Of a stretch of DNA of 64,000 nt, positions 37,332 through 48,771 are shown one piece after another (position 1 is the first letter of the stretch; every line of letters starts with the position of its first letter). The stretch is from Ignavibacteriales bacterium. Lineage in GTDB: Bacteria > Bacteroidota > Ignavibacteria > UBA10030 > UBA6906. The stretch is from positions 20,110-84,109 of the forward strand of contig JBBIRR010000009.1 of assembly GCA_037441705.1 (NCBI GenBank), written 5' to 3'. The position numbers and the translations under genes are program-made. Below the pieces are notes generated by a model. It did no database searches. It had not been told where the DNA came from and saw nothing but the letters and a program-made list of their open reading frames with translations.

Positions 37332-37715
37332 TTACCAAATTCGTTTGACGCCGTATTTATCGAACACCGCTTCGCCACTCACAATTACGTACGCTTCCAC
37401 TAACCCTTGCGCGATTATAAGTCTATCGAACGGGTCCCTGTGATAGAAGGGTAGCCTTCTAACCTGGATCAAATGAGAGAACCGCGCTTCGAGAAGAGTG
37501 AATTCATTCTCCTCAATCCAAGCAAGCAATTCGGAATATGGACGTCCCAGCTCGAGCTTCCGGAGACTCACCTTGATTGCGATTTCCCAGAGACTCGCTA
37601 TGCTCACGTACGTGAGGTTCGATCGGCGTTCGAGCGCCCTTCTCGCACTTGACGGTAGACTTCTATCTCCCTTCAAGTACCAAAGAAGGGCATGAGTATC
37701 AACCAGCAGGTTCAT
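37332..37715 (-). CDS. vapC: PIN-domain toxin VapC
   Basis: [18 protein letters not shown] and [12 protein letters not shown]. Confidence 0.9.
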   Translation of the reverse strand: MNLLVDTHALLWYLKGDRSLPSSARRALERRSNLTYVSIASLWEIAIKVSLRKLELGRPYSELLAWIEENEFTLLEARFSHLIQVRRLPFYHRDPFDRLIIAQGLVEAYVIVSGEAVFDKYGVKRIW

Positions 37716-37945
37716 TCCATGTACTCTTTGAAGTCGTCCAACGGCTCATCAAAATCCGGTGAAATCCACTTGATGAGATGCTTGCCGCTCCCGAACTTCG
37801 GTACCTTCTTACGAGTCGTCTTCTTCCCCTTCTTCTTCAGAAGAAATTCGGCAAAATCCTTGACTTCGTTCCGTGATTCTTCTGGAAGGGACGCGATCGT
37901 TTCACTCAGTGATGACTTTTGCATGATGTTTCGCTTTGTGTTCAT
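37712..37945 (-). CDS. Antitoxin (DUF2281-like)
   Basis: LPEE..EVKDFAEFL...FGSGK...ISPDFDEPLDDFKEY; overlaps the vapC start. Confidence 0.8.
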   Translation of the reverse strand: MNTKRNIMQKSSLSETIASLPEESRNEVKDFAEFLLKKKGKKTTRKKVPKFGSGKHLIKWISPDFDEPLDDFKEYME

Positions 37946-37946
37946 T

Positions 37947-39389
<1,443 letters not shown>

Positions 39390-39420
39390 AGTACTCTGTT
39401 AGTAGTTGTTCATACAATAT

Positions 39421-40176
39421 CTACTTCTTTCCTGCCGGTTTATAGTTACCTTTCAACGGCGGAAGGGTTCGCTTCTCGCCCGTTGGCGCAGGATCGGGCG
39501 GCTGAACCTGCGTCGCCGCGGTTTGCTGAACAGACGACTCTTCCACCTTCGGTTCGGCGCTTGCAGGCGGTTGATCACCCGTGCGCGTCGGCGCGGCAGC
39601 AGATGCCTGCGGCGCCGTTGGCGCAGGCCGTCCGTCAGTCGGCTTCGCACTCGTGATGGGCGGAAGTCCCGGTTTTGCGGCTCCTGCCGGTCTCGCACTC
39701 GTCAATGGCGGAAGTCCGCCGGCCGGTTTAGCACCTGTCGGCGGCGGCAGTGTGGATGGCGCGCCGGCTGCCGACGCTGTCCCTGCCGGCTTTGCGCTGC
39801 CCAAGGGCGGCAGAGGCGGCCTCGCACCGGACGGTTTCGCCGCAGCAGGGGATTTCGCAGGCGCTGCGCCCGGCGCCGGTTTGGCCGGCGTCGCCTGAAC
39901 CACGGCCGGCTTCTTGAAGGCCGGGTAGTTCAACACCCAACTCTGTCGGTCAATCGGCGTGAGAATCTTTTCCTTCTCCAACTTCTCTACAAACGTGCGC
40001 GCTATGTTTTCCGCTTCCATATAGCCTACCCTGTGACCTCTCCGCTCGAGCATCGTGCGAATGCCGTACTGAATGTCGCGGAAGAAGACGTTCGACAAAT
40101 GGTACATGGGATAGTGACTCTTCAAGAATTCCAACACGTCTTTCTCGTTATTCAGAATGTAGTCGATCGGTTTCAT
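39421..40176 (-). CDS. Hypothetical protein: small globular N-domain plus Pro/Ala-rich repetitive tail
   Basis: Overlaps the iscS stop (ATGA); repeated LPPL/I-T/G-SAKP units. Confidence 0.7.
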   Translation of the reverse strand: MKPIDYILNNEKDVLEFLKSHYPMYHLSNVFFRDIQYGIRTMLERRGHRVGYMEAENIARTFVEKLEKEKILTPIDRQSWVLNYPAFKKPAVVQATPAKPAPGAAPAKSPAAAKPSGARPPLPPLGSAKPAGTASAAGAPSTLPPPTGAKPAGGLPPLTSARPAGAAKPGLPPITSAKPTDGRPAPTAPQASAAAPTRTGDQPPASAEPKVEESSVQQTAATQVQPPDPAPTGEKRTLPPLKGNYKPAGKK

Positions 40177-41456
40177 GTCTGTGTCTCTGATGGTTTCTGG
40201 ATTTTGGGTGATGATGAAAAACTCTCCCGTCCATCCTCTTCGTGATGCAGAATGACTTCGTCGCGGATCTCGTCCGTTCTTTTCGCACTACCCCGCCCTC
40301 GGCGCCTCTCACGAACTTTCGTTACCGTCTCAACAACTCGTGCGAGAGCAAACTCGATTTCTTCTTCCGTCGTGAATCTTCCCAGGCCGAATCGCAGCGA
40401 ACATTTCGCCTCTTCGGTACTCAAGCCGATGGCTTTCAGAACGTGCGAGGGTTCAGGCTGAGCAGACGAGCACGCCGATCCTGATGAGACGGCAACATCT
40501 TTCATTTCCATCATGATTGTGTCCGCATCCGCATCTTTGAATGTGATGTTCGCGTTGTTCGGCAGTCGGTTCGTCGGGTGGCCGTTCAGCCACGTTGCTT
40601 CCAGCGTCGAGAGAATCTGCTGCACCAACCGATCGCGCAAGCGGGCCGTCCTCCGGCGATCTTCCTCCAGTTCCTGCGCCGCAATGCGTGCCGCTTCGCC
40701 GAAGCCCACGATGGCGGGAACGTTGAGGGTTCCCGAGCGCAAGCCCCGCTCATGTCCGCCGCCATCAATCTGAGGCAGCAATTTCACCCTTGGGCTTGCT
40801 GCGCGAACGAACAGCGCACCAACGCCCTTCGGCCCGTACATCTTATGCGAGCTGAACGACATCAAATCAACATTCATCGCACGAACATCTACAGGAACCT
40901 TCCCCACGGCCTGCGTCGCGTCGGTGTGAAAAAGAACGCCGCGTTCCCGACACACTGTGCCAATCGCTTCGATGGGAGCAAGCGTTCCGATTTCGTTATT
41001 CGCCGCCATGATGCTTACAAGGACCGTCTCATGGGTGATGGCATCCCGCAATGCGTCCAGCGCTATCAGGCCCGTTCGATCAACCGGCAGAATCGTGGCG
41101 CGGAACCCGTACTTCTCCAGCCGCTTGCAGCAATCGAGCACGGCCTTGTGCTCGGTTGCCGCCGTGATGATGTGCTTGCCCCGTGATGCGTATGCTTCAG
41201 CTACGCCCTTGAGGGCAAGATTGATAGACTCCGTCGCTCCGCTGGTGAAGACAATCTCTTCGGCGCTGGCTCCGATGAGGGTTGCAAGATGCTTGCGCGC
41301 CTGTTCGACGGCGGCCTCGGCTCGCCAGCCGAACTCGTGCTGCTTGCTTGCAGCATTGCCGTAGTGTTCGGTAAAGTACGGCAGCATTGCTTCCACAACG
41401 CGGGGATCGACTCGCGTCGTTGAATGATTGTCAAGATATATCGGCAGCCGGCTCAT
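40173..41456 (-). CDS. iscS: Cysteine desulfurase IscS
   Basis: YLDNHSTT, SSHKMYGPKG, RSGTLNVP and SSGSACSS; start MSRLP at 41456. Confidence 0.92.
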   Translation of the reverse strand: MSRLPIYLDNHSTTRVDPRVVEAMLPYFTEHYGNAASKQHEFGWRAEAAVEQARKHLATLIGASAEEIVFTSGATESINLALKGVAEAYASRGKHIITAATEHKAVLDCCKRLEKYGFRATILPVDRTGLIALDALRDAITHETVLVSIMAANNEIGTLAPIEAIGTVCRERGVLFHTDATQAVGKVPVDVRAMNVDLMSFSSHKMYGPKGVGALFVRAASPRVKLLPQIDGGGHERGLRSGTLNVPAIVGFGEAARIAAQELEEDRRRTARLRDRLVQQILSTLEATWLNGHPTNRLPNNANITFKDADADTIMMEMKDVAVSSGSACSSAQPEPSHVLKAIGLSTEEAKCSLRFGLGRFTTEEEIEFALARVVETVTKVRERRRGRGSAKRTDEIRDEVILHHEEDGRESFSSSPKIQKPSETQT

Positions 41457-41857
41457 ACGATCTGCGCCAGTGTCATGGATTTGAATGCCTGGTCGATGTT
41501 TGCCTGCACTTTGGTCAGCGGCGACTTGATGGTGCAATTGCTGAACACTTCGCAGCTCTCCGGCCCCTGGGTCATGCACTGAGCGATGGCCGGGGGGGTG
41601 CCTTCAATGGCGTTGATGATCGAAGAGATGGTTACGTCGTTGGGATTCCTGGCGAGAGTATAGCCGCCGTGAACTCCCTGCTGCGAAGCGATCAAGCCCG
41701 CGCGCGCAAGCCGCTGCAGTACTTTGGCAAGCAGCTCATACGGAATCTGATGCTTGTCGGCAATTTCCTTCGCCGTCACGACATCGCCGTTCGTGCGCAA
41801 GGCAATGTAACGGATCGCAATCAATCCGTATTCGACTCGTTTGGAAAGCCTGACCAC
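41453..41857 (-). CDS. iscR: Rrf2 family regulator (IscR/SufR-like, three Cys)
   Basis: YGL, GVHGGYTLA, IINAIEG and C-X7-C-X5-C. Confidence 0.85.
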   Translation of the reverse strand: MVRLSKRVEYGLIAIRYIALRTNGDVVTAKEIADKHQIPYELLAKVLQRLARAGLIASQQGVHGGYTLARNPNDVTISSIINAIEGTPPAIAQCMTQGPESCEVFSNCTIKSPLTKVQANIDQAFKSMTLAQIV

Positions 41858-41861
41858 GCTA

Positions 41862-41886
41862 AACTCCGACCAGTGAAGTCCTAATT
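41862..41886. promoter_or_regulatory. Candidate Rrf2/IscR-type operator overlapping the RBS
   Basis: AACTCC-GAC-CAGTGAA-GTC-CTAATT matches the GAC-N7-GTC core of IscR type-1 sites. Confidence 0.4.
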
Positions 41887-42320
41887 ATCCCCAAAAAAAT
41901 GCGCTCATTCGCGTCTTCCAACCATACGTCTTAACAAACTCTTCTCTCTTGTCGTTCCTTCAGGTCTCTTTACGCGCGAGCTGTTTAGGAGACCATCAAC
42001 AAAATAGGAAAAAGAAGACTTACTTACAACGAACAACACAAAGCGAACAGTGAATTCTATTTAATAAAACCTGAGAGTAACGATTCTGTCAGACGCAAAG
42101 TGCAGCCAGGTTTCGGTGCCAGCACCGGTGATCGCCACAGGTGTATCACGAATCCGTCGACGTGTTGAGAAAATCGCCGCTCACCAATCCATCGCTCAAC
42201 ACAATCGAGCGCGAGTGCAAGAGGAACGTGAAGCCGAGGTCTCGTTGCATTCCCCTCTGATTTTGGATATTTTTCCCGAGGGGTTCACCGCGCGTAGCTA
42301 TTGATCCTCGAGATACGTTT

Positions 42321-43268
42321 ATGACGAGAGAGAACACCTTGCTTGCAGCCGTCATCGTGCTTTCGTTCTGGCTGCACGCTGGCTGCCGTGAGAAAACGGC
42401 TCCAACCTCGACTACCACTCCCCCGCCGACGCAAGTGTGGGATTCGCTTGGCCTCGCCGGTGCGACAGTTCATGCGATCGCTTCAGACCGGCGCCGCATT
42501 TTCGTCGGGACCGCAAACGGATTCTATCGTTCGCTCGACAGCGGAAGAACCTGGCTGTTCACCGCATCAATCAACGGCAGAAGTTTGTTTACCAGCGTTG
42601 CAATCAGCGGAACAAATGTCTTGGTGGGATCGGACACCAACCTTTCCGTCTCTTCCAACGACGGGACAACCTGGACATCCGTAATAGCCCCCGTGAGCGT
42701 GTTCGCTATGGCGCACGGTAGTGAGTATCTGTTCGCCGCGACCTCAATGGGTATTATTCGATCGCGGGATCGGGGATTCACCTGGACGCCTGCAAATACG
42801 GGACTTCCTTCACCTCTGCCCGAGGTGCGAGGGCTCTCGGCCGAAGGAATAACGCTGTGCCTCGGATCGCCCAATGCTGTCTTCGTTTCTTTGAACAGCG
42901 GCGATTCATGGACACAGGCCCCGACTCCGTGGTCCCCCCACACCATCGACCGAGTGTTGGTCAACAAAGAAATCTTGTACGTTGCGACGACCGGGGGGTT
43001 GTACACTTCACGCACCCAGGGAAGTTCCTGGATTCTCGCCGCTGTGGGAATTCCGGAGACATCTCGCGTTGTCGGCTTTGCGGCCATCAAATCCGGCGTT
43101 TACGCTGCCACCGACAACGCCGGCGTACTCACCAGTGCCAACGGAGGCGTGACATGGATCTTCAACAACTTCAATCTTCCCGATCTGCAACTCACCACCG
43201 TTGCTGCCGACAGCAGTTTCGTGTACGCCGCCACGCGTCGGCGAGGCATCTGGCGATACTTGCGATAG
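42321..43268 (+). CDS. Lipoprotein with BNR/Asp-box beta-propeller repeats
   Basis: Lipobox LHAGC; repeated S.D.G.TW motifs. Confidence 0.8.
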   Translation: MTRENTLLAAVIVLSFWLHAGCREKTAPTSTTTPPPTQVWDSLGLAGATVHAIASDRRRIFVGTANGFYRSLDSGRTWLFTASINGRSLFTSVAISGTNVLVGSDTNLSVSSNDGTTWTSVIAPVSVFAMAHGSEYLFAATSMGIIRSRDRGFTWTPANTGLPSPLPEVRGLSAEGITLCLGSPNAVFVSLNSGDSWTQAPTPWSPHTIDRVLVNKEILYVATTGGLYTSRTQGSSWILAAVGIPETSRVVGFAAIKSGVYAATDNAGVLTSANGGVTWIFNNFNLPDLQLTTVAADSSFVYAATRRRGIWRYLR

Positions 43269-43304
43269 CCGCCCGAGGACATCGTCGAATTCCCTGACAT
43301 CACC

Positions 43305-44240
43305 GTGCACGCCATTACAGCCGAATCCCTAACAAAAGTTTACCGAGACTTCGTCAACCGAAAGCTATCGGTCGTTGCGCTCAGGGACATCTCGCTGGAG
43401 GTGGAGCAAGGTCAGATTTTCGGATTGCTCGGCCCCAACGGTGCAGGAAAGACCACGTTTATCAAAATCCTCCTCGGCCTGGTTCGACCGACAGCCGGCC
43501 GTGCAATGATGTTGGGCGTTCCGTTGCCGAGTGTGGGCATACGCGAACGTATCGGCTATTTACCGGAGAACCATCGCTATCCGGGCTATCTCACCGCCGT
43601 TCAGGTGATGCGGTTCTTCGGCGGCTTGAGCAAGATGAAGCGCGCCGAGATTCTCTCACGATCTGCCTCCCTCCTTTCGCTCGTCGGACTTGATCAGTGG
43701 AAAGAGATGAAGGTGAAGCGCTACTCGAAGGGCATGATGCAGCGCCTCGGTCTCGCGCAGGCTCTCATCAACGATCCCGATCTGTTGTTCCTTGATGAAC
43801 CCACCGACGGCGTTGATCCGCTGGGCAGAAAAGAAATCCGCGACATCCTCATGCGGCTCCGCAACGAAGGCAAGACCATCTTTCTCAACTCCCACCTTCT
43901 CTCCGAGGTAGAATTGATCTGCGACCGCGTGGCCATTCTCGATAAAGGCAAACTCTTGACGGTCGGAACGGTTGCCGAGATGACCGTGAGCGACACGAAC
44001 TACGAGATCGGTGTCGTCGAGCCTCCGCCCGAAAGCTTTCATCACGAAGCTGCCGCGACCGTGCTGAAGTTCAGAGTAGATAAGAACATCCTCTCGGCCG
44101 ATGTGCGGGATGTTACAGAGTTGAATCACCTTATCGACCTCCTGCGTAAACACGGCGTGAGCATCACGCATGTTGCGAAGAAACGAAGCACGCTCGAAGA
44201 CTCGTTCCTTCGACTCCTGAAGCAGGAGGTCGGCGCATGA
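43305..44240 (+). CDS. ABC transporter ATP-binding protein
   Basis: GPNGAGKTT, YSKGMMQR, LDEPTDG and SHLLSE. Confidence 0.92.
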   Translation: MHAITAESLTKVYRDFVNRKLSVVALRDISLEVEQGQIFGLLGPNGAGKTTFIKILLGLVRPTAGRAMMLGVPLPSVGIRERIGYLPENHRYPGYLTAVQVMRFFGGLSKMKRAEILSRSASLLSLVGLDQWKEMKVKRYSKGMMQRLGLAQALINDPDLLFLDEPTDGVDPLGRKEIRDILMRLRNEGKTIFLNSHLLSEVELICDRVAILDKGKLLTVGTVAEMTVSDTNYEIGVVEPPPESFHHEAAATVLKFRVDKNILSADVRDVTELNHLIDLLRKHGVSITHVAKKRSTLEDSFLRLLKQEVGA

Positions 44241-45067
44241 GTATTCTTACGCTGATGCTGGCGACGTTTCGAGAACTGTTCTCCAAAGCCACGTTGTACA
44301 TCCTGCTCGGCATATCCACCTTTGTCCTTCTCGGGACACTTCTGGCGTTCTCTTCCGATCTCACCGATGATGGAATTATCCTGAAGGTGTTCGGCGTGCC
44401 TGTCAGTCCACCAACGCAAGCGGCAGAGCTCGAGCCGATGGTCTACGGCATGCAGGCCGGACTGGCCAAAGGGTTGTTTCTCGGCATCATGCTCTTTGGC
44501 GTGTTCGCCAGCGCATCGGTCATTCCCGACGCGCTCGAAAAGGGAACGGTGGATCTCTATCTCTCCAAGCCCCTTGCACGATGGGAGCTTCTGTTAGGCA
44601 AGTACGTCGGAAGTGTCGCGGTGATCGGCCTTGCCACTGCCTACTTCATCGGCGGGGTATGGCTGACGTTCGGTGTGCGTGTGGGTGTGTGGAATGTACA
44701 ATTCCTTCTCTCTGCGGCGACCATGACGTTCATGTTCGGCGCAATCTTCTCGATCGTGCTTCTGTTAGGCGTCGTCTTTCGCAATGCTGCAGTCCCCATC
44801 ATTGGATGCTTCCTCTATTTGATGGTGATAGACAATCTCCTGGAAAACCGACAGACTCTTCTCTATCTCATTTCTGAAAGTTCGTTCTACCGTACAATTT
44901 GCGACGCGTTGTACTACCTCCTTCCTCAGATCGCCGGCATGCAGAGACAATTAGAGAATCAAATCATGCAGCGAACGGTGGAGTGGCGTTCGTTCATACA
45001 ACCGCTGCTATCGTCCGCTCTGATGTTTGGCGCGGCGTCGTTGATTCTGGAAAGGAAAGACTTGTAG
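44237..45067 (+). CDS. ABC-2 type permease
   Basis: Six TM segments, EKGTVDLYLSKPL.R..LLLGKY and C-terminal ERKDL. Confidence 0.85.
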   Translation: MSILTLMLATFRELFSKATLYILLGISTFVLLGTLLAFSSDLTDDGIILKVFGVPVSPPTQAAELEPMVYGMQAGLAKGLFLGIMLFGVFASASVIPDALEKGTVDLYLSKPLARWELLLGKYVGSVAVIGLATAYFIGGVWLTFGVRVGVWNVQFLLSAATMTFMFGAIFSIVLLLGVVFRNAAVPIIGCFLYLMVIDNLLENRQTLLYLISESSFYRTICDALYYLLPQIAGMQRQLENQIMQRTVEWRSFIQPLLSSALMFGAASLILERKDL

Positions 45068-45068
45068 C

Positions 45069-45500
45069 ATGATTCTGCCGCCAGTCCTGTTGATTCTCAC
45101 GGTCCTGCAATCCGCAGGCCCGCTGCCGCACCCGCCGACAGGTCTTGACTCACTGGCGCAAGCATTTGCCCATGAGCTGGAACGCCTTCCGTCTCCGGCC
45201 TTCGATGCACTTCACCGGTCGGTCCATCAAAACGGATACGTGAACGTTCTTTATGATGAACTGAAACAGGACAGCATGAGCGCGCTCGCGGCGTTCATCC
45301 GCATGAAACTGCACAGGACATTCTCTCTACCTCACATCACGTTGGTGGCCGTCATTCCCAATCCACGACAGGAGATTCGCACGCCGATCGTGATCAACTT
45401 CCCGACGGGATTCATTGTGCTGGATTGGCACCAAACAAAAATCTACAAGCGCGCACCTGAAACACTATCGAGCGACCCCTGGAACAAAAAGGGAGGGTAA
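45069..45500 (+). CDS. Putative secreted protein (paralog A)
   Basis: Hydrophobic N-terminus; shares LDSL, SPA, RMKLH and DPW with the next gene. Confidence 0.6.
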   Translation: MILPPVLLILTVLQSAGPLPHPPTGLDSLAQAFAHELERLPSPAFDALHRSVHQNGYVNVLYDELKQDSMSALAAFIRMKLHRTFSLPHITLVAVIPNPRQEIRTPIVINFPTGFIVLDWHQTKIYKRAPETLSSDPWNKKGG

Positions 45501-45502
45501 GG

Positions 45503-45892
45503 ATGAAATCTGTCGGGTTCCTCATAGGGCTGATCGTGACGGGCATGATGGAGATTCACGCGCAACTGCCTGCAACCGAGAATCTCGACAGTCTCAGCGG
45601 CGAATTCCGAGCGGCGCTTACAACACTCACCTCCCCTGCTCTTGAAGAGCGCAGACGTATCCGAAGGAACATGCAGAGGAAAGGCTACGCGGCTGCTCTC
45701 CTGAACATTCTCGGCCAGGATGGTTTGACCGCGGCACTGGTGTTTGTACGAATGAAACTCCACATCGAGTACGCCATTTCGCACAGACAACTCTATGTCC
45801 ATGTTCCGGTTGTGCGGGGAGAGGGCCGCACGGTTGCCCTTCCGCTTTCGGATGATTGGTCGTTCCCCCTCGATCCATGGAAACGAGAATGA
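45503..45892 (+). CDS. Putative secreted protein (paralog B)
   Basis: Signal peptide ending IHA-Q; RBS GGAGG; paralog of the previous gene. Confidence 0.65.
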   Translation: MKSVGFLIGLIVTGMMEIHAQLPATENLDSLSGEFRAALTTLTSPALEERRRIRRNMQRKGYAAALLNILGQDGLTAALVFVRMKLHIEYAISHRQLYVHVPVVRGEGRTVALPLSDDWSFPLDPWKRE

Positions 45893-46605
45893 CGACGTCA
45901 TCATCCATCGGACGCGTGCTGTTAGACGTTGATCGGCAACGCATTCAGGCACTTTCCCCACGCATGAAGCTATACGCTGTGGCGATAGCAATCGTGAATC
46001 TCTTTGTCTGCGGGCTTGCCGAGGCTTCGCTTTCGGCTGATCGGACTGGCTACTCCATCTCGCTCTTCGTGTTCATCCATGCCAGTATGTACATGCTGCT
46101 CGCCCTTTCGTACTTTGCAGGGAACACTCAAGACATCCTGCGCAAGGCGCGCATCTTTCCGACGGATGCATCGGCCCGGTTCGTGTTCGCGGCTGCGGGA
46201 TTCTTCCGCCACCCATTTTCGCTGGCCATGATAACGAGTAATCTTCTTTTTCTGGCCGTTCTATATCGCGAGCGTATCGCCACAACGGCAAGCGGCCTCC
46301 TCCTGTTCACTCTTCTGATGGCCACGATCGCACTCGCCGCAGCGGTTGTGTTTCTCGTTTTGGAACGGAGGAATTATCCGGCCAGCGCAGCCCTCGTAGT
46401 CGTGGCGTTCTGCGCGCTGCTCATGCTTACCGCTTCGATGGTTTTTCATAACGAGCTATTCGTCACGCGCCTTCCGCTGTTGCGCTGGTATGTTGACGGC
46501 ATACGGGCGGCAGAAGCCGGACAGCTCGGTAACGTGGCCCTGTACGCGACCCGATTCGGTATCGTCATCCTTCTCGCCATTGCAACCGGAAAACGTTTTG
46601 GGTGA
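45889..46605 (+). CDS. Multi-pass membrane protein (possible ABC permease)
   Basis: About six hydrophobic segments; ATGA overlap with the upstream gene. Confidence 0.65.
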   Translation: MTTSSSIGRVLLDVDRQRIQALSPRMKLYAVAIAIVNLFVCGLAEASLSADRTGYSISLFVFIHASMYMLLALSYFAGNTQDILRKARIFPTDASARFVFAAAGFFRHPFSLAMITSNLLFLAVLYRERIATTASGLLLFTLLMATIALAAAVVFLVLERRNYPASAALVVVAFCALLMLTASMVFHNELFVTRLPLLRWYVDGIRAAEAGQLGNVALYATRFGIVILLAIATGKRFG

Positions 46606-46612
46606 TGCGCCG

Positions 46613-47284
46613 ATGAAATTCTCTGAAACCGATCGGGCTTTGCTCAAGATGGAACTGCGGCAGGCGTTCTCTGCTCGCCGGATTCCGCTGTTAGTGTGTC
46701 TTGCCGTTCTGGCCGTTTTCGTGATTGTCCAGCAAAGCGAACTACCTCCGGCAATTGTCATCGTTCTCGTCGTCCTTGCAGGCCTCGAATCCCAGTACAC
46801 GAACATACTCTTCCGCACGCCGAATGAGCTGGAAGCGCTGAGCATGTTTCCGCTCGAGTGGAGATGTGTGGTTCTCATCAAGAACGTCTCCACCATCATA
46901 GTCACGGCAATGGTTTGGATGATAATCGCAATGGCTACGCTCTATTTCTCTCCCAAACATCTCCGCCTTGCCGACCTGGGCAACGCCATGCTGTACGGCA
47001 GCACGATTATCTTTCCTCTGCTTCATATCGGCAATATCGAATCGCTGCATTCTCCACGACGCACCAGTTCCTGGGGGACTGATGACCTTGTACAGGCCGG
47101 AGGAATGCTGCTGTTCGTTCTGGTCCTTTCGCTCCCGTACCTGCTGTTGGTGTCCTTGCTCGACCTTCCTCTTGCATGCATTGCGTACGTCGCGCTTACA
47201 GCCATGCATTGGTACACGCGCTCCGTCCCGATGACGGCTGCTCGCATCCGGCAACAACTTCCTCACCTTTGTGCAACGCCATGA
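46613..47284 (+). CDS. Multi-pass membrane protein (possible ABC permease)
   Basis: About six TM segments and a ...MFPLEW....IKN motif; coupled to the ATPase gene. Confidence 0.65.
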   Translation: MKFSETDRALLKMELRQAFSARRIPLLVCLAVLAVFVIVQQSELPPAIVIVLVVLAGLESQYTNILFRTPNELEALSMFPLEWRCVVLIKNVSTIIVTAMVWMIIAMATLYFSPKHLRLADLGNAMLYGSTIIFPLLHIGNIESLHSPRRTSSWGTDDLVQAGGMLLFVLVLSLPYLLLVSLLDLPLACIAYVALTAMHWYTRSVPMTAARIRQQLPHLCATP

Positions 47285-48057
47285 CCATTCTGAGCATAAG
47301 CAACCTTTATAAGACGTACGAGAACGGCCATCGCGCTCTCGACGGCCTGACACTTTCCATCAAAAAAGGAACCATCACCGGTTTTCTCGGCCTGAACGGT
47401 GCCGGCAAGACCACAACCATACGGATTCTTGCGGGATTGACAGGCAAGGATTCCGGCACGATTACACTTTTCGGCAATGAGATCTCGCCAGGCGACGTTG
47501 CCTCGAAGAAATTGCTGGGCTTCGTCCTCGATGAACCATTGTATTTTGATTGGATGACTCCCGAAGAATACCTGCTGTTCGTGGGGGTAATGTACGGCCT
47601 GGAGCGGTCGGAAGCCCGCATGCGCTGCGAGGAGCTGATCGAGTTCTTTGATCTGGGCGAAAAGGTAGATGATCCGATTGCAACCCTCTCGACGGGCATG
47701 AAGAAAAAAATATCGCTTGCTGCGGCAGTGATCCACAAGCCGGAGCTTGTTGTGTTAGATGAACCGCTCGAAGGCATTGACCCGCTCGCCGCACGTTCGA
47801 TCAAGGAGACCTTGAAGATGACGGCACGAAATGGGACGACCGTCTTCATCACGTCGCACGTCCTCGACACGGTGGAAAAGCTGTGCGACGAGATTGCCAT
47901 CATTCATCGCGGGAAGGTACTTCTCCAATGTCCGACCTCCGAAGTTCACACGAAAGTGCAGAGCACGCTCGACAGCGCCGTCCGACCGACGCTGGAAGAA
48001 CTGTTCGTCGATCTCGTCTCCGAACACACCGCAAAGAGACCCCTCTCGTGGCTGTGA
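47281..48057 (+). CDS. ABC transporter ATP-binding protein
   Basis: GLNGAGKTT, LSTGMKKK, LDEPLEG and TSHVL. Confidence 0.9.
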   Translation: MTILSISNLYKTYENGHRALDGLTLSIKKGTITGFLGLNGAGKTTTIRILAGLTGKDSGTITLFGNEISPGDVASKKLLGFVLDEPLYFDWMTPEEYLLFVGVMYGLERSEARMRCEELIEFFDLGEKVDDPIATLSTGMKKKISLAAAVIHKPELVVLDEPLEGIDPLAARSIKETLKMTARNGTTVFITSHVLDTVEKLCDEIAIIHRGKVLLQCPTSEVHTKVQSTLDSAVRPTLEELFVDLVSEHTAKRPLSWL

Positions 48058-48058
48058 G

Positions 48059-48736
48059 ATGACCTCCACCCGGCAAATCTTTACACACACGCGGTTGCAG
48101 CGCATTACGTCATCGCCAAACTGGATTGGTGCGTTTCTTACCCTCGCGACGCTCAGCGTTCTTCTTCATTTTTTCCTGCATCCTCATTTTGTGCGCGCAA
48201 CCCTCGCTCATCTTCCCCTTTCTGCAACAGCGGATGACAAAGCCGCGGTTGCGCAGGCCCTCACAGATGAACTACCGCTTCGGCTTCTGTTCCTTCCTGT
48301 GCGCTTGCTTGTCGGGTGGTCCGTGTTTGCGTTGCTGCTGTTCGGGATCGGCGTCGCGTTTCGCCTCCCCGAGCGACTGCACTTCGTAAAGGTCCTCGCT
48401 CTCGAAGTACGGGCAGAAGCATTCAACATCCTGGCACAGTACGCGGCACTCCTCTATCTCTTGTTGAGAACAACTACCGAAACAAACCCGCTGGAGATCC
48501 CCTTCAGCGTTGCAATGCTCGTTCCCTCGAATGACATCGTACTGTTTTCGTTGTTAAACTCTCTCAATTTGTTTACGTTGTGTTACCTGATTCTCCTGAC
48601 ATGGGGCATTTCGGTTCAGTCAGGATGCTCGCGCACCAAAGCTGTTCTGATTGTGTGCTTGACGTGGAGCCTCTGGCTGCTCTTCCACGTCGGTGCAACC
48701 AGCTTTCTGCGGGAGGCGCTGCACTTGCTTGTGTAG
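48059..48736 (+). CDS. Yip1-like membrane protein
   Basis: P.W...F start, about five TM segments and LNSLNLFTL. Confidence 0.55.
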   Translation: MTSTRQIFTHTRLQRITSSPNWIGAFLTLATLSVLLHFFLHPHFVRATLAHLPLSATADDKAAVAQALTDELPLRLLFLPVRLLVGWSVFALLLFGIGVAFRLPERLHFVKVLALEVRAEAFNILAQYAALLYLLLRTTTETNPLEIPFSVAMLVPSNDIVLFSLLNSLNLFTLCYLILLTWGISVQSGCSRTKAVLIVCLTWSLWLLFHVGATSFLREALHLLV

Positions 48737-48771
48737 TTGTTCGGCTATCCTTTATCACCGGTAACAAACTC

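Noticed and set aside
42060-42140. GACGCAAAG resembling a c-di-GMP-I riboswitch segment
   Set aside because: The upstream GGCAAA/GAAA tetraloop stem and the P1 pairing are missing.
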